NCBI GenBank assembly: GCA_040754315.1 | Contig: JBFMCS010000004.1 | Coordinates: 7,390 to 71,389, forward strand | Origin: Bacillota bacterium | Lineage (GTDB): Bacteria > Bacillota > Sulfobacillia > DUSP01 > JBFMCS01 | Length of the DNA: 64,000 nt | Direction of reading: 5' to 3' | In this document: piece by piece, positions 17,416-26,058 of the stretch | How positions within the stretch are numbered: the first letter of the stretch is position 1 | Layout: each line of letters begins with the position of its first letter | The notes under the pieces: model-generated | Seen by the model: only the letters and a program-made list of their open reading frames with translations | Databases searched by the model: none | Told to the model about the DNA's origin: nothing | Made by a program: the position numbers and the translations under genes

Positions 17416-18992
17416 GTTTTTCTCGAATCAACGCAAGTGCTGCAAGCCTGACCAAGAATCGCACCGTGGATTCGATCAGTTCTCTTAGCGGCATGTGCGC
17501 CACATGCATAGATGGGTGCATTGGGATGTGCGAGGTGGGCAAGTCCGCCTACCGGGGTCATGAGGTTATATACCCTCAACCGTTTGGGCTTATCAGCACG
17601 GCCTCGGAGAAGAACTACCCCTTGGACTACTCTCACTTCTCCATCATGGGCACCACGGTGGGCGCCGTTGGAGTGGAACCCGACAGCGACAAGGCCATCT
17701 TCCCCTCCGTTAACGTGGAGGCACGCATGGGTAAGGGAGAGGGCATTAAAACCAGGTTGCCTCTGGTTGTCTCGGGAATGGGTTCCACACGTATCGCCAG
17801 TGTCAACTGGGAGGGCCTGGCCATCGGGGCAGCCCTGGCCGGTATCGTTGTCACCATAGGCGAGAACATCTGCGGCATGGACCCCCAGTCCGAGATCCGT
17901 AACGGGAAGGTGGCAAGGAGCCCAGAGCTGGCCAGGCGTGTCCGGCTCTTCAAAGACTGGCAGGTGGACGGCTACGGCGATGTGGTGCTCCAGGCCAATG
18001 TCGAAGACACCAGCCTCGGAGTGCAGGAGTTCGGCATCAGGGAACTCGGCGTGACCAGCGTGGAGCTGAAGTGGGGCCAGGGGGCGAAGGACATCGGTGG
18101 CGAGGTAAAGATCTCCGACCTGGAAAAGGCCAAGATGCTCAAGAGCCGGGGATACGTGGTGCTGCCCGATCCGGAGGATCCCAATGTCATTGAGGGGTTC
18201 AAGCGGGGTGCCTTCAAGGAGTTCGAGCGCCACTCCAGGGTCGGCATGGTTGAGCCTGAGGGCTTCATCAGGCGGGTGCAGGATCTGAGGAAGGCCGGGG
18301 CCAAGTGCGTGCTTCTGAAGACGGGGGCCTTCAGGCCCGCGGATATGGCCCGGGCGGTCAAGTACTGCTCCATGGCGGGGGTGGATGTACTCACGGTGGA
18401 CGGAGCTGGGGGCGGGACAGGAATGAGCCCCTGGCGCATGATGAACGAGTGGGGTGTGCCACCGGTAGAGATGCATTCTCTAGCGCGGGAGTTCTGTGAC
18501 AGGCTGGCGGCAAAGGGCGAGTACGTGCCGCACCTGGTGTTTGGCGGGGGCTTCGTCATGGAGGACCAGATGTTCAAGGGCCTTGCCCTGGGGGCCCCAT
18601 ACGTGAAGGCCATTGGAATGGCCCGGGCGCCACTGGCCGCGGCCATGGTGGGCAAGACAATTGGCAGGAGCATCGACGAGGGCCGTCTCCCCGTGTATGT
18701 TGAACGTTTCGGGAGGTCCAAGGAGGAGGTCTTCGTCACGGCCACGGAGCTGAGGCAGCTAGTGGGCAACGACCGGTTTGCGGAACTCCCTGCGGGTGCC
18801 ATTGGACTCTTCACGTTCTGCGAGAGGCTTTCCCAAGGCCTCAAGCAGCTTATGGCAGGCAGCAGGAAGTTTGCCTTGGAGTACGTGGACCGGTCCGACA
18901 TCGCTGCATTGACCAGGCACGCCAGTGAGGTCAGCGGGATCGACTTCGTCATGGAGGCAGACAGGAACGAGATAGAGGAGATCCTTGGATAA
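17412..18992 (+). CDS. Glutamate-synthase (GltB) FMN-binding central-domain family protein with an N-terminal Cys-rich cluster. This is the stand-alone archaeal-like GltS domain 2.
   Basis: The 526-aa protein has the N-terminal CATCIDGCIGMCEVGK motif. It has the TIM-barrel FMN domain signature of PF01645-type proteins (GAGGGTG, LVFGGG). Confidence 0.75.
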   Translation: MSFSRINASAASLTKNRTVDSISSLSGMCATCIDGCIGMCEVGKSAYRGHEVIYPQPFGLISTASEKNYPLDYSHFSIMGTTVGAVGVEPDSDKAIFPSVNVEARMGKGEGIKTRLPLVVSGMGSTRIASVNWEGLAIGAALAGIVVTIGENICGMDPQSEIRNGKVARSPELARRVRLFKDWQVDGYGDVVLQANVEDTSLGVQEFGIRELGVTSVELKWGQGAKDIGGEVKISDLEKAKMLKSRGYVVLPDPEDPNVIEGFKRGAFKEFERHSRVGMVEPEGFIRRVQDLRKAGAKCVLLKTGAFRPADMARAVKYCSMAGVDVLTVDGAGGGTGMSPWRMMNEWGVPPVEMHSLAREFCDRLAAKGEYVPHLVFGGGFVMEDQMFKGLALGAPYVKAIGMARAPLAAAMVGKTIGRSIDEGRLPVYVERFGRSKEEVFVTATELRQLVGNDRFAELPAGAIGLFTFCERLSQGLKQLMAGSRKFALEYVDRSDIAALTRHASEVSGIDFVMEADRNEIEEILG

Positions 18993-19042
18993 CCTCAGGA
19001 TTGGGCCGAGTAGGGGAGAGACCTGAAAGGGGGACTCACACA

Positions 19043-19543
19043 ATGGCTAGCATCCTGGAGTATGCAGGAATCAAGGTGCCGGCGGGAGAGATGCTGAAGG
19101 AGGCTCTGATATACTGCCAGGCCAAGACTGGCAGGAAAGATGCCCTGGAACTAATCAGGAAGGGTGAGCCAACGGCAACAGGCTACTTCCGGTACAGGCT
19201 TGCCCAGGAGATCGGGTCCCTTCTGGGACAGGCGGATAATACCATCACCCAGGTATACCTGTACCCGGAGGAGGCCCTCGAGGAGAATGCTCCGCCAACG
19301 GTACCCCTGACACTGGTGGTGTGCACCGAAAGGCGCACGGCGGCCCTGGACGCTGTGGTCGAGAGTCTGGATGGCGACCTCTTGGCGGAGTACCGGAAGA
19401 TGGTGGAGCCAGCAGCGGACGGAGTGACTTCCTTCTCAAACATATGTCTGGTAGAACAAGAGGAATTATACCAGCGCAAGGGGCTCAGTGCCATAATAGG
19501 CTCGCTGAGTACACCCAGCTTCTGCGTTTGGCGGCGCCATTAA
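19043..19543 (+). CDS. Hypothetical protein, co-oriented and tightly spaced with the oxidoreductase genes
   Basis: The ORF runs from MASILEYAGIKVP with no recognisable domain. The start was chosen at the internal ATG. Confidence 0.35.
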   Translation: MASILEYAGIKVPAGEMLKEALIYCQAKTGRKDALELIRKGEPTATGYFRYRLAQEIGSLLGQADNTITQVYLYPEEALEENAPPTVPLTLVVCTERRTAALDAVVESLDGDLLAEYRKMVEPAADGVTSFSNICLVEQEELYQRKGLSAIIGSLSTPSFCVWRRH

Positions 19544-19573
19544 CTAGCAATCCGGGCAGTAAACCCTCCTATA

Positions 19574-21001
19574 TTGCCTGCGATGGCCATGTCATCGCAG
19601 GATTTTCTTTTCCCGGCTAGAAGTGTAGGCAGTGGACTCCACGGTAAGGGTGTGATGAGAGTGGGCAACGGGCAGGGATGGGCCCGCCCCTGTGATGAAG
19701 GGAAGTACCAGGCCTTTCACGCGTGCCGTGACTTCCGCGCCTGCGGTGTCGCGGGGCTCTGCCGCAGCCTCATTGCTGACTTCAACACGGATACCTTCAT
19801 TCCCCAGGCTGTCTTGCTTCTCACAAGACACCTGCCCTTCGACGCCGGTGTGCTCTTTCTATACGATGACACCCTGGACAGGCTGGTCCCGGCATCGTGT
19901 TACGGTTACGAGATGGATGCCCTGGAGCACCTGGCGCTTGGGGACTCCATCATGTACGAGGTTTTTGACACCGGCAAGCCGAGGGTCTCCCGTTCGAGCA
20001 AGCGTATCCGCGAGATCCAGGCCCAGCTCACCAGGAGCGGGAAGGGTAGTCTTCCCATGTCCTCCTGCATGGTGTGTGTCCCGTTGCGCCTGGATTCCGT
20101 TGCCCTGGGGTGCGTGGTGCTGGAGAGCCGCTCTGCCCAGGTGGTAGTAGGCCGGCGTCTCCTGTCCTGCGTCATCCATGCCCTGGAACTCCTGGTGCTC
20201 TTTGTTCACAAGGCTCAAACTATGCGGCAGAACCAGGAGAAGGGCTTCTCGGAGCTGGTTTCCACCCTCTCCCATGAGCTCAGGACCCCCCTGACGTGTA
20301 TCAAGGGCTACACTACCACGCTTCTGGAGAACCCCGAGCTGGACCACGTCAACGGCCGGGAGTTCCTGGAGATAATAGACAGTGAGAGCGATACCATGAA
20401 TAACCTCATCAAGGACCTGATGGACTCCTCTCTAATCGAGGCGGGGTTCCTGCGGATAAGGAAACAGCCGATGCTGATGACGAAGATCGTACATAAGGCC
20501 GTGGAGAACGCCAGCGTTCAGACGAGGAAGCACAGGTTTGTCGTGAGCATCTCCCAGGACTTCCCGGTCTTGGAGGGGGACCCGGACAGGATGAAGCAGG
20601 TCCTGGACAATATCCTGGACAATGCCGTGAAGTACTCCCCTGAAGGGGGCTTGATAGTAATCAATGGAAGGGTTGTGGGCAGGGAAGCCATTATCAGCAT
20701 AGCCGACCAGGGCATGGGGATTGCCCCAGAGGACCTGAACAGGCTCTTCGAGAAGTTCTTCAGGGTCAAGTCGGAGATGGCCGGGACGGGCCTGGGGCTG
20801 CCCGTGGCCCATGAGATCATCGAAAAACACGGGGGACGGATATGGGCAGAGAGTGCGCCCGGGAAGGGGAGCACCTTCTTCTTCGCGCTGCCCCTCACAG
20901 ACATTTCCCGTAGGAACGGGGGGCCGTCCCAGGTGCCGGATACTGCAAGGGGAACGAGGGAGGGCCTAGATGAAGAAGCACCTGATTCTAGTAGTCGATG
21001 A
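19574..21001 (+). CDS. Cytoplasmic GAF-domain sensor histidine kinase (KdpD C-terminal-like)
   Basis: A GAF region is followed by an HisKA H-box (LSHELRTPL) and an HATPase_c domain (N, G1, G2 boxes). There are no TM segments. It overlaps the response-regulator gene. Confidence 0.75.
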   Translation: MPAMAMSSQDFLFPARSVGSGLHGKGVMRVGNGQGWARPCDEGKYQAFHACRDFRACGVAGLCRSLIADFNTDTFIPQAVLLLTRHLPFDAGVLFLYDDTLDRLVPASCYGYEMDALEHLALGDSIMYEVFDTGKPRVSRSSKRIREIQAQLTRSGKGSLPMSSCMVCVPLRLDSVALGCVVLESRSAQVVVGRRLLSCVIHALELLVLFVHKAQTMRQNQEKGFSELVSTLSHELRTPLTCIKGYTTTLLENPELDHVNGREFLEIIDSESDTMNNLIKDLMDSSLIEAGFLRIRKQPMLMTKIVHKAVENASVQTRKHRFVVSISQDFPVLEGDPDRMKQVLDNILDNAVKYSPEGGLIVINGRVVGREAIISIADQGMGIAPEDLNRLFEKFFRVKSEMAGTGLGLPVAHEIIEKHGGRIWAESAPGKGSTFFFALPLTDISRRNGGPSQVPDTARGTREGLDEEAPDSSSR

Positions 21002-21719
21002 TGAACCCCGTATACTCAGGCTCATCCAGACCAACCTGAAGCTGGCGGGGTACGCTGTGCTCTGCGCCGGAGACGGGCCCTCGGGATTGGAGATCGTGGA
21101 GAGGGAGAACCCCGACTTGGTTATCCTGGATATTCTCCTGGTGGGTCCAATCGATGGCTACGCGGTATGCGAGCGCATTAGAGAGTTCTCCGATGTTCCC
21201 GTACTGATGCTTACCGCCAAGAGCCAGGACGCGGACAAGATAAGGGGTTTTGACGCTGGGGCAGATGACTACCTGACCAAACCCTTCAGTTCCCAGGAGT
21301 TGCTGGCCAGGGTCAAGGCCATCCTGAGGCGAAGCGGTGAGGGTTCCAAGGTCAAGGGACCCTCGACACTGGTCTGCGGGGAGATCTCCATCAACTTCGC
21401 CCAGGCCAGGATAACCACTGAGCATGCCGGCACGGTGGATCTCACCCCCACCGAGTTCAAGCTCCTCTCGGAGCTGGCTAAGCACCCCAATGAGATCGTG
21501 CTGCACGAAGACTTGCTCACCAGGGTCTGGGGGAGCGAGTACAGAAACGAGGTGGACTACCTCAGGGCCTACATCTGGTACCTCCGGAGGAAACTTGAGA
21601 GGGACCCCTCGCGTCCCCGGTATCTCCTGTCCAGGCAGGGGCTGGGTTACATGCTGGCATGCCCGGGGGATCCGGAGAGTGCTCCGGAGCAGGGAGCCCC
21701 CGGGGAGCCGCCCGGCTAG
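20970..21719 (+). CDS. OmpR-family response regulator (KdpE-like)
   Basis: It has a receiver domain (DDE...D...K) and a winged-helix DNA-binding domain. Confidence 0.85.
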   Translation: MKKHLILVVDDEPRILRLIQTNLKLAGYAVLCAGDGPSGLEIVERENPDLVILDILLVGPIDGYAVCERIREFSDVPVLMLTAKSQDADKIRGFDAGADDYLTKPFSSQELLARVKAILRRSGEGSKVKGPSTLVCGEISINFAQARITTEHAGTVDLTPTEFKLLSELAKHPNEIVLHEDLLTRVWGSEYRNEVDYLRAYIWYLRRKLERDPSRPRYLLSRQGLGYMLACPGDPESAPEQGAPGEPPG

Positions 21720-21749
21720 AGGCCTGGTGCCGGGGACACCTGGGACCCT

Positions 21750-23210
21750 TCAGTTGACCCGGGCTGTGCGGGTCCTGCCCACTAGGTCCACACACCTGTG
21801 GGGGAAGAACTCCCTGAAGATCCGGTAGTAGAGGAGTTCCTCTTTGCTGGAGGGGACGAAGCAGCCCGCCTCACGGGACGCCCGCCTCAGGTCCGAGTCA
21901 CTGACCCTCCTCTCGGCCAGCACCGTCATGAGGCCGCTTGTGCCTGAGCCCAGGTAGAACTTCTCCTTCTTCCTCCACACCACCTCCCGGGGAAGCGCCC
22001 CTAGATAGGCCTTCCTGAGAAACCACTTCTCCGTGGCGTTGCCACCCTCTCGCTTGAGCTTCCACTCCAGGGGGAGGGAGACTGAGAAGTCCACCACATC
22101 CAGGTCCATGAAGGGCAGGGCCGGTTCGAGGCCGTGGGCGGCGTTCATGCGGTCCACCCTCTGGAACGCCCCTGAGTGGCCCTGGGTGAGAAGTATCCGG
22201 AGCTCCTTCCTGACGTCATTCTTCCTCTCCAGCGCCTTGAGGTAGTGGTACCCCGCGAAGAGCTCGTCACCGCCCTCACCGCAGAACACCATCTCCATCC
22301 CTGCTTTCCTGGCGAGGCGCGCGGCCATGTAGTTGGCCACCGAACTCCTCACCAGTGGAGCATCGAAGGACTCCAGGTGGTAAATGACATTAGGAAGGCA
22401 CTCCTCTATGTGCCCCAGGCCGTACAGGAAGCGATGGTGCTCTAGCTTCAAGGCCTGGGCCACCAGGGCTGCGGAACTCACGTCACTGCAATCCCGGGTT
22501 CCCACGACGAAGGTGGGCACCCCAGGTTCGAGGCGGGCCACCGCCGCCGAAACGATGCTGGAGTCAACCCCCCCGCTGAGGAGCACGCCCGCCTTCTTCC
22601 CAGAGTCAAGGGACCTTCTGACGGCGGTCTCCATCCTCTGACGGAAGCCCGCCAGTGCCTGGTCCAGTGGAGGCAGGGTCTCCAGTTCCGTGTCGTCCAG
22701 GGAGTAAAAGGGGGTAAGGTGGCCGGGGACTCCCACATGGCCAGGGGGAAAGGTGCGCACGGTCCCGGAAAAGCCCGCAAAGGCCTTGATCTCCGAGGCC
22801 GCCAGCATGCCGCCGGGTGTCACGGCGTAGTAGAGGGGTTTGAGGCCAAAGGGGTCCCTGGCCATGACAACACCCTCGCCGGTGATGAACAGCATGGCGA
22901 AGGGCCCGGACAGGCTCTCCAGGAACTCCGGCCCTCCCCGGCGGTAACCTTCACTGATCTCCTCCGGGCGTAACACCCGGTTCGCGGGGATCTCCCGGGA
23001 CCATTCGCTATCGAGCCCCTGCTGGGACAGGCAGGCCATCCCATCTACATAAACGCCTGCCCTGTCGTCTTGAGACTCGTCGTAGCCGGTGACGAAGGGG
23101 CCCACTTCCCTCAGGCAGCCACTACCTTCTCCCCGATGGCTCATCCGCTCCAGCATGGACAGGACCCTGGCCTGGGCGCCAGATCCGCTGGCCACTGCTA
23201 TTCTTGACAT
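21750..23210 (-). CDS. Asparagine-synthase (AsnB) family amidotransferase lacking the N-terminal Cys nucleophile
   Basis: The C-terminal AsnB synthetase domain has the SGGVDSS PP-loop. The N-terminus is MSRIAVASG instead of MCG. The start was chosen at the ATG at 23210 with a GAGGTGAT RBS rather than the longer ORF-track start. Confidence 0.75.
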   Translation of the reverse strand: MSRIAVASGSGAQARVLSMLERMSHRGEGSGCLREVGPFVTGYDESQDDRAGVYVDGMACLSQQGLDSEWSREIPANRVLRPEEISEGYRRGGPEFLESLSGPFAMLFITGEGVVMARDPFGLKPLYYAVTPGGMLAASEIKAFAGFSGTVRTFPPGHVGVPGHLTPFYSLDDTELETLPPLDQALAGFRQRMETAVRRSLDSGKKAGVLLSGGVDSSIVSAAVARLEPGVPTFVVGTRDCSDVSSAALVAQALKLEHHRFLYGLGHIEECLPNVIYHLESFDAPLVRSSVANYMAARLARKAGMEMVFCGEGGDELFAGYHYLKALERKNDVRKELRILLTQGHSGAFQRVDRMNAAHGLEPALPFMDLDVVDFSVSLPLEWKLKREGGNATEKWFLRKAYLGALPREVVWRKKEKFYLGSGTSGLMTVLAERRVSDSDLRRASREAGCFVPSSKEELLYYRIFREFFPHRCVDLVGRTRTARVN

Positions 23211-23388
23211 AACATCACCTCGTATTAGACTTCTGTGCTGACCGCCAGGCTCATGACAGCCTTCTTCTCCAAGCCTGCAGATACCTTCCTCTTTCGGGAA
23301 ATTGGTTGCCGTTTCCAAGCCGCCCTCCCTGGCATGGCCCATTGGTGGTGTGAATAGGCATATCTATGCGTATCGAGGAGGGAGGCCA

Positions 23389-26058
23389 TTGAAGGCTTGG
23401 CACACCCTGGCCCTGGCGGAACTAGTGCGGGCCCTGGATACCGATCTTGAGCAGGGTCTGGCCCAGAGGATAGCGGGCGCGCGCATGGCGTCCACGGGGG
23501 CCAACACCATTAGCGCTACCAAGGCCCCCAGCGTAGTGGACCTTTTCGTGCGGCAGTTCAAGGACTTTATGGTTCTCACCCTGGTGGCAGCGACGGTGGT
23601 GGCCTCCCTGGTGGGCGAGACCACCGATGCCTTGGCCATCATTGCCATCCTATTCCTCAACGCCGTCCTTGGCAGTGTCCAGGAGTACCGGGCTGAGAGG
23701 GCCCTCATGTCCCTGAGGGCGCTTTCGGCCCCCACAGCCAGGGTAGTGCGGGATGGCCTTGCCCAACGCCTGGGGGCGGACACCCTTGTTCCAGGGGATG
23801 TCATCCTCCTGGAGGCTGGAGACAGGGTTCCCGCCGATGCTAGGGTGGTGGAGGTCCAGGCCATGGAGGCAGACGAGTCTGCCCTTACCGGGGAGGCCTT
23901 CGCGGTGTCCAAGGCCCCCCTTGACGGCCTGGAACGGGATCTTGCCCTGGGTGACCGTGCCAACATGGTCTACGCAGGTACAGCGATAACCCGGGGCAGG
24001 GGGCGGGCGGTTGTAGTGGCCACCGGCATGGATACCCAGATGGGTCACATCGCCCACATGCTCCAGGAGGCTGGGGCCGGCAAGACACCCCTGCAGAGAC
24101 GCCTGGCCCACCTGGGCGGGCACCTGGTGGTACTGTGCGCCGCGGTGTGTCTGGCCGTGGGGATCCTGGGCATGCTCAGGGGCGAAGCCCCTGCCCGCAT
24201 GCTCCTGACCGGTGTGAGCCTGGCCGTGGCCGCTATACCTGAGGGGCTCCCTGCCGTGGTGACCGTGGCCTTGGCCCTGGGGGTGCAACGAATGGCCAGG
24301 GGGAATGCCATCGTCCGGCGCCTGCCTGCCGTTGAGACCCTGGGGTGCGCTACGGTGGTTTGCTCAGATAAGACTGGCACGCTGACACAGAACCGGATGG
24401 TCCTGGCGGAGACATACACCTTGGGCCCCAGGACCTGGGTTCCGGCAGGGGGGCCGCGGGAACCTAGCGTGGAGAGGCTGCTTCTCCTGGGGGCGCTGTG
24501 TAACAACGCCAGCATTTCCCGGGGCTTCGCCGGGGTCTTTGCCCGCGGGGCTGAGGGTGATCCCACAGAGGTCGCCCTCCTGGATGCAGCGTGGGACGCC
24601 AGGGTGTATGCCAGGGCCCGGCGGTACCGGCGTGTTTCAGAGGTGCCCTTTGACGCCGAGCGCAGGCTCATGTCGGTCCTGGTACGGTCCGGGGGGGAGA
24701 TCATGGTTGTGCTAAAGGGCGCCCCCGAGGCTGTTGTGCCACTGTGCTCGGACTTTGGGCCTGCGGGATCAAGGGAGGAAGCCTTGGAGGCTGCCGCGGC
24801 CATGGCCTCCCGGGGCCTCAGGGTGCTTGCCCTGGCTGAACGTCGCCTTGAGCCGGGGGATCCTTTGGTGATAGTCGAGGATTCCCTGATCCTGACGGGA
24901 CTTGTGGGCATCGCGGATCCCCCAAGGCCCGAGGCGGTACGGGCTGTCAGGGAACTGGCTCGCGCAGGCATCAGGACTGTGATGGTAACCGGGGATCACC
25001 CCAACACGGCGGTGGCCATCGCCTCCCAGATGGGAATACTCGCGCCAGGGGGCCGGTCACTATCGGGCATGGAAATGGATTCCATGCCTGACGCGCTCCT
25101 GGAGAGGGTCTCGGCGAATGTCATGGTGTATGCTAGGGTCTCTCCCGGGCACAAGATGCGGATAATCAGGGCGCTGAAGGCTCAGGGGCACGTGGTGGCA
25201 ATGACGGGGGATGGCGTGAATGACGCCCCCGCGGTCAAGGCGGCAGATATTGGTATCGCGATGGGCAGGTGCGGAACCGACGTTACCCGGGATGCCGCGG
25301 ATATGGTCCTGGCCGACGACAACTTCGCCACAATCGCCGTGGCGGTGAGGGAAGGCCGGGCCATCTACGACAACATCCGCAAGTTCGTCCGTTACCTCCT
25401 GGCATGTAACATTGGGGAGGTCCTCACCATGTTCATCGCGGCGATCCTGGGACTTCCTCTTCCCCTGATACCTGTGCAGATCCTCTGGGTGAACCTGGCC
25501 ACCGACGGCTTGCCTGCCATAGCACTGGGACTGGAGCCCCCGGAGGAGGGTGTCATGTCTAGGCCACCCAGGCCTGCGAACGAGGGCTTCCTTGGCCGTG
25601 GGCTCAGCATAAAGATAGTGGTGAGAGGCATACTTATTGGCGTGACAACGCTGGGAGCGTTTGCCTGGAGGCTCCAGGCTGGCGTGAGCCTGGAGGAGGC
25701 CAGGACTTGGGCCTTCGCCGTACTGGTGGCCTGCCAGCTGTGGCACGTGTTTGATTGCCGCTCGGAGAAGGGTGGGCCCATTTCGGTTCCCTTGTCCCGG
25801 AACCCCTTCCTTGCGGTGTCCGTGGCGCTTTCCTGGGTCATGCTGTCGCTAGCCGTCTACCACCCCTTCCTCCAGGGGCTGTTCTGCACCGTACCCCTGT
25901 CATGGGGGGACTGGGCAATAGTGGTGGCGGTGTCAAGCGCCGGGAGTATCCTCACGGCTTTGTGGGCGAGGGCTTGCCAGGGGGAAGGAATTCCTGCCAA
26001 ACCGGCGAATGGTACAGGATACGCAACCCCCGGGGGGTGCAGGCGCTGGAGTTCGTGA
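23389..26058 (+). CDS. P-type Ca2+-transporting ATPase (P2A/P2B type, YloB-like)
   Basis: It has the DKTGTLT phosphorylation motif, TGDGVNDAPA, and 10-TM P2-type architecture with a cation_ATPase_N domain. A TTG at 23389 after a GGAGGAGGGAGG RBS is the likely start. Confidence 0.85.
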   Translation: MKAWHTLALAELVRALDTDLEQGLAQRIAGARMASTGANTISATKAPSVVDLFVRQFKDFMVLTLVAATVVASLVGETTDALAIIAILFLNAVLGSVQEYRAERALMSLRALSAPTARVVRDGLAQRLGADTLVPGDVILLEAGDRVPADARVVEVQAMEADESALTGEAFAVSKAPLDGLERDLALGDRANMVYAGTAITRGRGRAVVVATGMDTQMGHIAHMLQEAGAGKTPLQRRLAHLGGHLVVLCAAVCLAVGILGMLRGEAPARMLLTGVSLAVAAIPEGLPAVVTVALALGVQRMARGNAIVRRLPAVETLGCATVVCSDKTGTLTQNRMVLAETYTLGPRTWVPAGGPREPSVERLLLLGALCNNASISRGFAGVFARGAEGDPTEVALLDAAWDARVYARARRYRRVSEVPFDAERRLMSVLVRSGGEIMVVLKGAPEAVVPLCSDFGPAGSREEALEAAAAMASRGLRVLALAERRLEPGDPLVIVEDSLILTGLVGIADPPRPEAVRAVRELARAGIRTVMVTGDHPNTAVAIASQMGILAPGGRSLSGMEMDSMPDALLERVSANVMVYARVSPGHKMRIIRALKAQGHVVAMTGDGVNDAPAVKAADIGIAMGRCGTDVTRDAADMVLADDNFATIAVAVREGRAIYDNIRKFVRYLLACNIGEVLTMFIAAILGLPLPLIPVQILWVNLATDGLPAIALGLEPPEEGVMSRPPRPANEGFLGRGLSIKIVVRGILIGVTTLGAFAWRLQAGVSLEEARTWAFAVLVACQLWHVFDCRSEKGGPISVPLSRNPFLAVSVALSWVMLSLAVYHPFLQGLFCTVPLSWGDWAIVVAVSSAGSILTALWARACQGEGIPAKPANGTGYATPGGCRRWSS

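Noticed and set aside
17340-18952. Minus-strand ORFs (378 aa and 326 aa) antisense to the GltB-domain gene.
   Set aside because: Their composition is typical of high-GC antisense frames, and the plus strand has strong family similarity.
23211-23342. An upstream extension of the asnB-like ORF overlapping the ATPase 5' region.
   Set aside because: The extension is not AsnB-like in sequence and has no RBS. The internal ATG at 23210 has a good RBS and removes a divergent overlap.
23364-25841. Several minus-strand ORFs antisense to the P-type ATPase.
   Set aside because: They are spurious. The DKTGTLT-containing plus-strand gene accounts for the region.
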